Notes under the pieces: model-generated
The model's database searches: none
Seen by the model: the letters and a program-made list of their open reading frames with translations, nothing else
What the model was told of the DNA's origin: nothing
Shown here: positions 1 to 8,278 of the stretch, piece by piece
Numbering within the stretch: position 1 is the stretch's first letter
Layout of the letters: each line of letters begins with the position of its first letter
Translations under genes and position numbers: made by a program
NCBI GenBank assembly: GCA_017883185.1
Contig: JADGOB010000003.1
Coordinates: 7,136-71,135 of the forward strand
DNA: 64,000 bases
Direction of reading: 5' to 3'
Source of the DNA: Acidobacteriota bacterium
Lineage (GTDB): Bacteria > Acidobacteriota > Vicinamibacteria > Vicinamibacterales > Fen-181

Positions 1-17
1 TCAATGATTGACTGCTA

Positions 18-1085
18 ATGGCCATATCACGGCTCTCCGAACGCTCTCGGCGCATCCTGGCGGCCCTCGTCGGCGAGTACGTCGAGACGGGCGAACCCGT
101 GGCTTCGGCCACGCTCGTCAAACGAGGCGGGTTTGGTCTTTCTTCGGCTACGGTACGCAACGTGCTGGCGTCGCTCGAGGAGCAGGGCTACGTGTACCAG
201 CCCCATACCTCTGCCGGCCGGGTGCCGACCGATTTCGGGTATCGCTGCTACGTGGACATGCTGCTGGAGACGAGGCGGCCGGGGCGCGCCATGGGCGTCG
301 AAGCCCAGTTGCTCGCGCAGGCTGGCAGCCCCACCCTGATGGATGCCGCGTTGACCACGGTCTCGCACGTGCTGTCGGAGGCGTCGCACCACGTCGGTTT
401 CGCGGTGCCGCCAGTCAGCGAGGAATCGGCATTTCAGCAGATCGATTTCGTGCCGCTTGCCGAGACCAAGGTTCTCGTTGTGGTGGTGATGCGCGGGGGG
501 CATGTCTCGAACAAGGTGGTGGACATCGGCGAACACCTCCAGATGGCGGACCTGCACCAGGCGGCCAACTACCTGAACGAACAGTTTGCCGGGCTCCCGC
601 TGAGCCAGGTGCGGGCAGCTGTGCTCACGCGCATGGCCGAGGAACGCACGCTGTACGACGCCCTGCTCTCGCGCGCCCTCCGGCTGGCCGAGTCGACCTT
701 CACCGGCCTCAGCGAACCCCAGGTGCTGTTCATCGAGGGGGCAGCGTCGCTCGTCGAGGAGACCGAGGAAGGCGGCCGGGTGTCGCTCGGCACGCTGCGC
801 ACGCTGTTGACGATGATCGAGGAGAAGCACCGGCTCGTGCGCCTGCTGACCGAGTACATGGAGGGCCCGGGCCTGATGGTCATCATCGGCACCGAGCACA
901 GCGCACCGGATCTGCGCGAGGTCAGCCTCGTCGCGACCACCTACACCGACGGCGATCGTCGCGGCGCCATCGGCGTGATTGGCCCGACGCGGATGAAGTA
1001 CTCGCGCGCGATTTCCATCGTGGACAGCGCCGGACGCGCCGTCACGCGGCTCCTGCAACACGGCGTCTGGAACCAGACGCCGTAA
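18..1085 (+). CDS. hrcA: Heat-inducible transcription repressor HrcA
   Basis: 355-aa ORF. N-terminal winged-helix signature (RSRRILAALVGEYVETGEPVASATL ... ATVRNVLASLEEQGY) and HrcA-type C-terminal domain. Followed by grpE and dnaJ as in heat-shock operons. Confidence 0.9.
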   Translation: MAISRLSERSRRILAALVGEYVETGEPVASATLVKRGGFGLSSATVRNVLASLEEQGYVYQPHTSAGRVPTDFGYRCYVDMLLETRRPGRAMGVEAQLLAQAGSPTLMDAALTTVSHVLSEASHHVGFAVPPVSEESAFQQIDFVPLAETKVLVVVVMRGGHVSNKVVDIGEHLQMADLHQAANYLNEQFAGLPLSQVRAAVLTRMAEERTLYDALLSRALRLAESTFTGLSEPQVLFIEGAASLVEETEEGGRVSLGTLRTLLTMIEEKHRLVRLLTEYMEGPGLMVIIGTEHSAPDLREVSLVATTYTDGDRRGAIGVIGPTRMKYSRAISIVDSAGRAVTRLLQHGVWNQTP

Positions 1086-1127
1086 CTGTCGTTTCCCGTT
1101 CTGCCTTTTCCGATTTCCTTGAAGATC

Positions 1128-1667
1128 ATGCCCCAGGACACCGAATCCCAGGACCCGCAGTCTCGGCCACCCGTTGAGAAGGACGCCGCGAGCGAAGCCG
1201 AGGCGGCCGCACCCGTCACCGACGAGCTGGCGCAGGCCCGCCGCGAGCGTGACGAGCACTACGACCGCCTGCTGCGCAAGACGGCCGAGTTCGACAACTA
1301 CCGCAAGCGCGTGGAGCGCGAACGACGCGACATGGCCCAGTACGCGGCGGACGACGTGCTCGAAGCGATCCTGCCGATCGTGGACGATTTCGAGCGGGCG
1401 CTCCAGGCCGATGCCGGGCCGGACGCGGCGACCTATCGCAAGGGCGTCGAACTCATCTACAAACAGTTGCAGGACCTGTTGTCCCGGCGGGGCGTCAGGC
1501 CGATCGAGACGGTTGGCCAGATGTTCGACCCGCGATTCCACCAGGCCATCACTTACGAATCCAGCCCCGGCCTTGTCGAGGGCGCTGTCATCGAAGAGGT
1601 GCGTCGCGGCTACATGCACGGCGAACGCCTGCTGCGCCCTGCGATGGTGAAGGTAGCCAAGGCGTGA
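1128..1667 (+). CDS. grpE: Nucleotide exchange factor GrpE
   Basis: GrpE motifs FDNYRKRVERE and a C-terminal beta domain (FDPRFHQAI ... VIEEVRRGY). ATG 1128 preferred over the in-frame TTG 1119 used by the ORF track. Confidence 0.9.
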   Translation: MPQDTESQDPQSRPPVEKDAASEAEAAAPVTDELAQARRERDEHYDRLLRKTAEFDNYRKRVERERRDMAQYAADDVLEAILPIVDDFERALQADAGPDAATYRKGVELIYKQLQDLLSRRGVRPIETVGQMFDPRFHQAITYESSPGLVEGAVIEEVRRGYMHGERLLRPAMVKVAKA

Positions 1668-2812
1668 GCAAGCACGACTACTACGACGTGCTCGGCGTGA
1701 CGCGGGACGCGGCCGATCAGGACATCAAGAGCGCCTACCGCAAGCTGGCGCTCAAGCACCACCCGGACCGCAACCCCGGCAACGCGGAGGCCGAGGAGAA
1801 GTTCAAGGAAGCGGCCGAGGCGTACGCCGTCCTGGCTGACGCGGACAAGCGGTCGGCGTACGACCGCTTCGGCCACGCGGGTGTCAGCTCGGCGACTGGG
1901 GCCGGCGGGTTCGACCCGACCATCTTTGCCGACTTCGGCGATATCTTCGGCGGCCTGCGCGACATCTTCGGGTTCGGTGACTTCTTCGGGGGCGGCAGCC
2001 GGCGAGGAGGCCAGCAGCGCGGATCCGATCTCCGCTACGACCTGGAAATCTCGTTCGAGGAATCGGCGAGCGGGATGGAGACCAGCGTCCAGATCCCCAG
2101 GCAGGAAACGTGCGAGGCTTGCAAGGGTTCCGGGGCGGCGCCTGGCACGTCGCCGACGGTGTGCCCCCAGTGCGGCGGCCGAGGACAGATCCGGTACCAG
2201 CAGGGGTTCTTCACCGTGGCCCAGACGTGCCGCCAGTGCGGCGGTGCGGGCCGCGTCATCACGAAGGCGTGTTCGGAATGCCGCGGGCACGGCCAGGTGG
2301 CCCAGCAGCGGAAGCTGACGGTTCGCATCCCGCCGGGCATTGCGAGCGGCCAGCGACTCCGCTTGTACGGCGAAGGCGAGGCGGGCCAGGCCGGCGGCCC
2401 CTCGGGCGACCTCTACGTCGTCGTGCAGGTGCAGGAGCACCCGGTGTTCCGCCGGGAGGGCGACGATCTCTTCTGCCGCGTGCCCGTCACCTTCCCGATC
2501 GTTGCGCTGGGCGGCGACCTCTCGGTGCCAACGCTCGGTGGGCCGGAAAAGGTGGCGATTCCCGAAGGCACAAAGAGCGGCCAGGTGTTCCGGCTGCGCG
2601 GCAAAGGGATGCCGAGCGTGTCTGGTCGCGGCCGCGGCGACCTGCACGTCGTGGTCGATGTCACCACGCCGAAGAAGCTCACGAAGGAACAGCGTCACCT
2701 GCTCGAGCAACTCGGCAAGACCATGCCTATCGAGAAGCTGAAGGCGCCCAAGCGCGAGGAGAGCGACGAGGACAAGAGCGTCTTCGATCGCGTCAAGGAC
2801 ATCTTCAGCTAG
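1664..2812 (+). CDS. dnaJ: Molecular chaperone DnaJ
   Basis: J domain with HPD (KLALKHHPDRNPG), G/F-rich linker, four CxxCxGxG zinc motifs (CEACKGSG, CPQCGGRG, CRQCGGAG, CSECRGHG). GTG start overlaps the grpE stop (GTGA). Confidence 0.95.
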   Translation: MSKHDYYDVLGVTRDAADQDIKSAYRKLALKHHPDRNPGNAEAEEKFKEAAEAYAVLADADKRSAYDRFGHAGVSSATGAGGFDPTIFADFGDIFGGLRDIFGFGDFFGGGSRRGGQQRGSDLRYDLEISFEESASGMETSVQIPRQETCEACKGSGAAPGTSPTVCPQCGGRGQIRYQQGFFTVAQTCRQCGGAGRVITKACSECRGHGQVAQQRKLTVRIPPGIASGQRLRLYGEGEAGQAGGPSGDLYVVVQVQEHPVFRREGDDLFCRVPVTFPIVALGGDLSVPTLGGPEKVAIPEGTKSGQVFRLRGKGMPSVSGRGRGDLHVVVDVTTPKKLTKEQRHLLEQLGKTMPIEKLKAPKREESDEDKSVFDRVKDIFS

Positions 2813-2817
2813 CCCCT

Positions 2818-3696
2818 ATGACCACCCGACTCTGGCCGGCGCTGGCGATCCGGTTCACGCCGTCCACGTCCACTGAACGAACCGCGGTCGAGGACCTGGT
2901 CTCGGCCGCGCTCGACGACCTCCACCCGACCGCGATCCAGGAACGCGACGCCGGCTGGCTCGCCTTCTTTGCCAAGCCGGAGGACCGCGATCGTGCCGCC
3001 GCTGCCCTGCCCGCCGCCGTTGCCGGCAGCATCGAGGTGGACGCGATCGACGTCGCCGACGAGGACTGGGCACGCCGCAGCCAGCAGGACCTCGACGCGG
3101 TTCGGGTGGGGCGCATCATCATCGCACCTCCGTGGCGCGCAGCGAACGCATCCCTGCTCGCGTCAGCCGCACCCGCGAGCACGGGCACCGCGCCGTCGGT
3201 CATCGTCATCCAGCCCTCGATGGGCTTCGGCACGGGCCATCACGCGAGCACACGGCTCTGCACCTCCCTGCTCCAGCGTCTCGATCTTGCCGGCCGGACG
3301 GTGCTCGACGTCGGCACCGGGTCGGGCGTCCTGGCGCTGGTGGCACGCGCCCTCGGCGCGCGGGCGGTGGTCGGCGTGGACGACGACCCGGATGCCATCG
3401 AATCGGCGCGCGAGAACCTGGACCTCAACGGCGGCGGCGCCGGCATCGATCTGCGCCTTGGCGATTTCCGGGCGTTGTCAACCCTTCGGGCGGATGTCGT
3501 CACGGCGAATCTGACCGGCGGCCTGCTGATTCGCAGCGCAGACACCCTGGCCGACGCGGTAGCTCCTGGCGGTGCGCTGATCATCAGCGGCGTCACACTC
3601 GAGGAGGAGTCCCTGGTGCTGGCCGCCTTCGCCCCGCGGATGACCCTCGTCGAACGCGTCACGGAAGACGAGTGGATGGGCGGGTGGCTCCGTTAA
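2818..3696 (+). CDS. prmA: Ribosomal protein L11 methyltransferase PrmA
   Basis: Start set at ATG 2818, 6 nt after the dnaJ stop and inside the longer ORF 2110..3696. PrmA motifs GFGTGHHASTRLC and SAM-binding VLDVGTGSGVLAL. The usual dnaJ-prmA neighbourhood. Confidence 0.85.
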   Translation: MTTRLWPALAIRFTPSTSTERTAVEDLVSAALDDLHPTAIQERDAGWLAFFAKPEDRDRAAAALPAAVAGSIEVDAIDVADEDWARRSQQDLDAVRVGRIIIAPPWRAANASLLASAAPASTGTAPSVIVIQPSMGFGTGHHASTRLCTSLLQRLDLAGRTVLDVGTGSGVLALVARALGARAVVGVDDDPDAIESARENLDLNGGGAGIDLRLGDFRALSTLRADVVTANLTGGLLIRSADTLADAVAPGGALIISGVTLEEESLVLAAFAPRMTLVERVTEDEWMGGWLR

Positions 3697-4457
3697 CCCT
3701 GCGCCGCCGGGTCCAGATCGCCCCAGACACACTGCAGCGCGGTCATGCCGACGAGGGCGGCGGCGGCGGCGCGGAGCGTCCGCGGGCCGAGCGTGATCGG
3801 TGTGCAGCCGGCGAGGGTAGCCAAGACCACTTCTTCGTCGGTCCATCCGCCCTCGGGACCGACCAGGAGCAGGGCTGACGCGGGCGGAGGCTGTGCCGCA
3901 AGCGTGCGAACGCCGACGGGCGCCGTCAGGAAGAGCCGCGGTTCGGCCAGCAGGTATCGCCGCGGCGCCTCGAACTCGCGCAGACAGGCGTCGAGCGTCC
4001 GCGGGGCGTGCACGCGCGGCAGTACCGCGCGGCCGCACTGCTTCACCGAGGCCAGCGCAATCCGTTGCCACCGGTCCACCCGTCCCGACGCCCGCAGCCT
4101 CCCGGGGTCCACTTCCGCCCGGGCTGAGAGCACCGGGACGATCGCGCTCACGCCGACCATCACCGAGTCGCGGACGACCTCGTCCATGGCGTCGCCCTTG
4201 AGCACTGCCTGAGCCAGCACCAGCGAGACCGAGGCCTCGGCTGCCGGCGTGGCCTCGCCCGTCACGCGGACGACCGCCCGGTTCCGCTCGACCTTTTCCA
4301 CAAGGCCCACGCGCTCGCGACCCCGGCCATCGAACAGCCGAACCTCGGCGCCCACTCGCAGCCGGAGCACGCGGCCGAGGTGGTCGGCCTCGTCGGGCGG
4401 CAGCTCGACAACACCTCCATCGGTCACGAGGTCCGGAGCATGGAAACGGGCATGCAT
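3693..4457 (-). CDS. rsmE: 16S rRNA (uracil1498-N3)-methyltransferase RsmE
   Basis: N-terminal PUA-like region (MHARFHAP ... HLGRVLRLRVG) and C-terminal SPOUT motifs (LLVGPEGGWTDEE ... LGPRTLRAAAA). Its stop codon overlaps the prmA stop within the palindrome TTAA. Confidence 0.85.
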   Translation of the reverse strand: MHARFHAPDLVTDGGVVELPPDEADHLGRVLRLRVGAEVRLFDGRGRERVGLVEKVERNRAVVRVTGEATPAAEASVSLVLAQAVLKGDAMDEVVRDSVMVGVSAIVPVLSARAEVDPGRLRASGRVDRWQRIALASVKQCGRAVLPRVHAPRTLDACLREFEAPRRYLLAEPRLFLTAPVGVRTLAAQPPPASALLLVGPEGGWTDEEVVLATLAGCTPITLGPRTLRAAAAALVGMTALQCVWGDLDPAAQG

Positions 4458-4465
4458 TGGCGGAG

Positions 4466-4471
4466 ATTATA
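4466..4471 (-). promoter_or_regulatory. -10 box TATAAT (minus sense), 8 nt upstream of the rsmE ATG
   Basis: Plus-strand ATTATA at 4466-4471. Only CTCCGCCA separates it from ATG 4457. No SD fits in that gap. Confidence 0.4.
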
Positions 4472-4484
4472 GAGGACTTGAGTG

Positions 4485-4490
4485 TATACT
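4485..4490 (+). promoter_or_regulatory. -10 box TATACT, 8 nt upstream of the kinase ATG 4499
   Basis: TATACT followed by GCGCTTCG then ATG. No SD. No convincing -35. Confidence 0.4.
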
Positions 4491-4498
4491 GCGCTTCG

Positions 4499-5497
4499 AT
4501 GTTCTTTCGCGGGCAAACCATTGGCAAGTATCGCATCGTCTCCTCGCTGGGCAGCGGCGGTTTCGGCGCGGTCTACCTGGCGGAGGACACCTGGATCGAC
4601 AAGAAGGTCGCGCTCAAGGTCCCGCATCGCCAGAACATCGACTTCGGGGAACTGCTCCGCGAACCGCGCCTGCTCGCCAGCCTGAACCACCCGAACATCG
4701 TGACGATCCTGACGGCCGAGAAGCAGGAAAACGTCTTCTTCATCGTGATGGAGTACGTGGCGGGGGAAACGCTCGAGGCGGTGATCGAGCGGGAGGGCAG
4801 CCTCGACCTGGTCCACATGATGGACCTGACCTGCCAGGTCTGTAACGGGGTGGACCACGCGCACTCGCAGGGTGTGCTGCATCGCGACCTCCGTCCCGCC
4901 AACGTCCTGGTCTCCGAGAGCGGCATGGTGAAGGTTGCGGACTTCGGGACGTCGCGGTTTCTCGAGGTGGCGGGACACGGGACGACGGTGATTGGGAGCC
5001 CGCCTTACATGGCGCCGGAGCAATTCCACGGCAAGGCGGTCTTCGCGTCCGACATCTACTCGCTGGGCGTCACGATGTACCAGATGCTCACCGGGGAGCT
5101 GCCCTACGGCACGCCGTCGCCCGCGGACCTGCAGAAGCTGATGCGGGGCGAGCTGGTCGTGCCGCCGCGCGCGCGGAACAGCCGGATCCCCAAGGAACTG
5201 AACGATATCGTGATGCGGGCGATGGCCCCGGCCGTGGGAGAACGCTACCAGAGGGCCGGGGAATTGCTGGACGACCTGCTGGCCGCGCGGAGCAAATGGG
5301 CCGGCGCGAGGAGCACTCGCCCCGTGGCCGGCCCGTCGGCCGCGCCGCACCGCCCGGCCACTTCCAGCGATGAACTGCAGGAGATCCAGAGCCGGTTGCG
5401 CGCCCGCGAGACGCTGGTCGCACGCTTCTGCTGGCACTGCCGCAAGCCGTTGCACTCGCGGACCGACCGTTGCCCGTTTTGTGGCGAAGCGCAGTAA
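4499..5497 (+). CDS. Hanks-type Ser/Thr protein kinase with C-terminal zinc ribbon
   Basis: GSGGFGAVY ... ALKV, HRDLRPANVL catalytic loop, DFGTSR, APE. C-terminal CWHCRKPL...CPFCG. Start set to ATG 4499, in frame with the TTG 4457 of the ORF track. No TM segment seen. Confidence 0.85.
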   Translation: MFFRGQTIGKYRIVSSLGSGGFGAVYLAEDTWIDKKVALKVPHRQNIDFGELLREPRLLASLNHPNIVTILTAEKQENVFFIVMEYVAGETLEAVIEREGSLDLVHMMDLTCQVCNGVDHAHSQGVLHRDLRPANVLVSESGMVKVADFGTSRFLEVAGHGTTVIGSPPYMAPEQFHGKAVFASDIYSLGVTMYQMLTGELPYGTPSPADLQKLMRGELVVPPRARNSRIPKELNDIVMRAMAPAVGERYQRAGELLDDLLAARSKWAGARSTRPVAGPSAAPHRPATSSDELQEIQSRLRARETLVARFCWHCRKPLHSRTDRCPFCGEAQ

Positions 5498-5506
5498 TGC
5501 TAGAAT
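5498..5506 (+). promoter_or_regulatory. Extended -10 (TGcTAGAAT) candidate promoter for ilvE
   Basis: TGCTAGAAT immediately follows the kinase stop codon. It lies about 60 nt upstream of ilvE ATG 5566, which has the SD GAGGTGA. Confidence 0.4.
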
Positions 5507-5565
5507 CCGTGATGCCCTTCGTTGGACCTTTCCTGGCTGAAATCCTTCGGAAATCGAGGTGATCC

Positions 5566-6558
5566 ATGGCGTTCGCAGGCACCGGCACAATCTGGATGAA
5601 CGGATTGCTGGTGAACTGGGCCGACGCGAAGATCCATATCGCGTCCCACGTGATTCATTACGGCAGCGCGGTCTTCGAGGGAGCGCGCTGCTACGACACC
5701 CCCAAGGGCTCGGCGTGCTTCCGCCTGGACGCTCACACGGCCCGGCTCTACAACTCGGCGAAGATCTACCGGATGCCCATCCCCATGGAGCCGGCCGAGC
5801 TCAACGCGGCGATCTTCGACACGATTCGCGCCAACCACTTCACGGCCTGCTACATCCGGCCGCTGATCTACCGCGGCTACGGGGAACCGGGCGTGAGCCC
5901 GCTCGGGTCGCCGGTGGACGTCGCCATTCTCTGCTGGGAATGGGGGGCCTATCTCGGACCCGAGGCGCTCGAGAAGGGCGTGGACGTGTGTGTCAGTTCC
6001 TGGACGCGCAGCGCCCCGAACACGCTCCCGACGATGGCCAAGGCGAGCGCGAACTACGCGAGCAGCCAGTTGATCAAGATGGAGGCGATGGCCGACGGGT
6101 ACGCCGAGGGAATCGCGCTCGACGTGAATGGCCACGTGAGCGAGGGGAGCGCGCAGAACATCTTCATGGCGCGCAACGGCGTCCTGTACACCCCGCCACT
6201 GCACGCGTCGGTGCTGCCGGGCATCACGCGCGACTCGATCATCACGATCGCGCGCGACCTCGGGTACGAGGTTTGCGAGGAGATCATCCAGCGCGAGGCG
6301 CTCTACATCGCGGACGAGCTGTTCTTCGTGGGGACGGCCGCCGAGGTGACACCGATCCGGTCGGTGGACCGGGTGACCGTCGGCGCGGGCGCGTGCGGCC
6401 CGATGACGCGCACCATCCAGCGCCGGTTCTTCGAGATCCTCAACGGCGAGGTGCCGGACCCTCACGGCTGGCTCCAGTACCTAAACCCGCCGGCTGTCGG
6501 CGCCGAAAAGACGGAGAGCGAGGCGCCTGCCATTCCCAACCCGATCTCCGACTGGTGA
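5566..6558 (+). CDS. ilvE: Branched-chain amino acid aminotransferase
   Basis: Class IV aminotransferase signature (HYGSAVFEGARCY, EGSAQNIF, PGITRDSII). SD-like GAGGTGA at 5556-5562. Confidence 0.9.
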   Translation: MAFAGTGTIWMNGLLVNWADAKIHIASHVIHYGSAVFEGARCYDTPKGSACFRLDAHTARLYNSAKIYRMPIPMEPAELNAAIFDTIRANHFTACYIRPLIYRGYGEPGVSPLGSPVDVAILCWEWGAYLGPEALEKGVDVCVSSWTRSAPNTLPTMAKASANYASSQLIKMEAMADGYAEGIALDVNGHVSEGSAQNIFMARNGVLYTPPLHASVLPGITRDSIITIARDLGYEVCEEIIQREALYIADELFFVGTAAEVTPIRSVDRVTVGAGACGPMTRTIQRRFFEILNGEVPDPHGWLQYLNPPAVGAEKTESEAPAIPNPISDW

Positions 6559-6561
6559 CCC

Positions 6562-7710
6562 ATGCACGTCAACGACCTCTTGAAGATCGCCGTGGAGAAT
6601 GGGGCTTCGGACCTGCACGTCAAGGTCGGAAGCTTCCCGATGATGCGCATCGACGGCGTGCTCCGGCCGGCGTCCGAGGAGCGGCGCCTGACGCACGAGG
6701 ACACGGTGGCGATGGCGGCCGCCGTGATGTCGACCGCGCAGCGCCAGAAGTTCAAGGAGTCGCAGGAGGTCGACCTGGCCTACAGCCTCCCGTCGCTGGG
6801 GCGTTTCCGCTGCAACGTGTTCCAGCAGCGGGGCACCATCGGCCTCGTCCTGCGCGTCATCCCGATGCGCATCAAGACGGTCGAGGAACTGGGGCTGCCC
6901 AAGGTGCTGGCGACGGTCGCGGACGAGGACCGCGGCCTCGTACTCGTCACCGGCACGACCGGATCGGGCAAGAGCACGACGCTTGCCGCGATGGTGGATC
7001 ACATCAACGCCACGCGTTGCGTGCACGTGATGACGATCGAGGATCCGATCGAGTTCCTGCAGCGCGACAACCGGTCGATCATCAACCAGCGCGAGGTCTC
7101 GGTGGACACGCAGTCGTTCTCGTTCGCGCTTCGCAGCGCGCTGCGCCAGGACCCCGACGTCATCCTCGTCGGCGAGATGCGCGACTTCGAGACGATCGAG
7201 ACGTCGCTGGTGGCCGCCGAGACCGGGCATCTCGTCTTCTCGACCCTGCACACGCTCGACGCCACCGAGACGATCAACCGTATCATCGCGGTCTTCCCGC
7301 CCCACCAGCAGAAGCAGATCCGCCTGCAGCTGGCGGCCGTGCTCAAGGCCGTCATCTCGCAGCGCCTGATCCCGCGCGCGGACGGCAACGGGCGGTGCGC
7401 GGCCGTCGAGGTGATGATCTCGACGCCGTTCATCCGCGACTGCATCGTGGACAAGGAGAAGACGCACCTCATCCCTGGCGCCATTGCCGCCGGCACGTCG
7501 CAGTACGGCATGCAGACGTTCGACCAGTCGATCTTCATGCACTACGAGACGGGCCTCGTCTCCTACGAGGAGGCGCTGCACTGGGCGACGAACGTGGACG
7601 AGTTCAAGCTGCGGGTCCAGGGAATCGCGATGACGTCCGACGCCGCGCGCGAGGAAATGGCCCGCGCCGGCATGACGGCCACGGCGGACGTCCAGCGCTT
7701 CAGCAGGTAG
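6562..7710 (+). CDS. pilT: Type IV pilus retraction ATPase PilT
   Basis: N-terminus ASDLHVKVGSFPMMRIDG, Walker A GTTGSGKSTT, Walker B/Asp box, His box GHLVFSTLHT. These are typical of PilT/PilU. Confidence 0.9.
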   Translation: MHVNDLLKIAVENGASDLHVKVGSFPMMRIDGVLRPASEERRLTHEDTVAMAAAVMSTAQRQKFKESQEVDLAYSLPSLGRFRCNVFQQRGTIGLVLRVIPMRIKTVEELGLPKVLATVADEDRGLVLVTGTTGSGKSTTLAAMVDHINATRCVHVMTIEDPIEFLQRDNRSIINQREVSVDTQSFSFALRSALRQDPDVILVGEMRDFETIETSLVAAETGHLVFSTLHTLDATETINRIIAVFPPHQQKQIRLQLAAVLKAVISQRLIPRADGNGRCAAVEVMISTPFIRDCIVDKEKTHLIPGAIAAGTSQYGMQTFDQSIFMHYETGLVSYEEALHWATNVDEFKLRVQGIAMTSDAAREEMARAGMTATADVQRFSR

Positions 7711-7732
7711 AGAGCGCATTCGGACCGGTGCT

Positions 7733-8233
7733 ATGAGCGATCCCGTTCGGGCGGCCTACACCGCCGGTCTCGCGATGCTCGCGCGGCGCGAGCTGTCCGA
7801 GGCGCAGATCCGGGAGCGGCTCCGGCGAAAAGACCACGAGGGCGACGCGGTGGACGCGGCCATCGAGCGGCTGCGCCAGACTGGCGCCGCCAACGACCAG
7901 CGGGTGGCCCTCGCCGCCGCGCGCACCGAGGCCCATGTGCGGTCACGTGGCCGCGCCTTCGTGCTCAGGCGGCTGCAATCGTTCGGCATCGCCTCGGACA
8001 TCGCCGAAACAGCCGTGAACGACGTGTTCGGCGCGATCGACGAACCCGCCCTGCTCGAACGCGCCCTGTCGCGCCGCCTCCGCGGCCCCGGCGGTCGCGT
8101 CCGCGACCCCGCTCACTTCCGCCGCCTCTACCAGCAGCTCCTCCGCCAGGGGTTCCCCTCGTCCGCCGTCGTCGCCGCCCTGAAGGCCCGCTCGCGGCGC
8201 GACGCCGCGGTGGACGAGGAAGAGTGCGGTTGA
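7733..8233 (+). CDS. recX: Recombination regulator RecX
   Basis: 166-aa helical-repeat protein (LARRELSEAQIRERLRRK ... AIERLRQTGAANDQR ...). Lies directly upstream of alaS as in many bacteria. Confidence 0.8.
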   Translation: MSDPVRAAYTAGLAMLARRELSEAQIRERLRRKDHEGDAVDAAIERLRQTGAANDQRVALAAARTEAHVRSRGRAFVLRRLQSFGIASDIAETAVNDVFGAIDEPALLERALSRRLRGPGGRVRDPAHFRRLYQQLLRQGFPSSAVVAALKARSRRDAAVDEEECG

Positions 8234-8263
8234 TCTCGTTGTGCCCGTGGTGACCTGTCCTAC

Positions 8264-8269
8264 TACAAT
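8264..8269 (+). promoter_or_regulatory. -10 box TACAAT, 9 nt upstream of the alaS ATG
   Basis: TACAAT-AGAACGCGT-ATG. A possible -35 TTGTGC sits at 8239-8244 (19-nt spacer). No SD. Confidence 0.35.
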
Positions 8270-8278
8270 AGAACGCGT

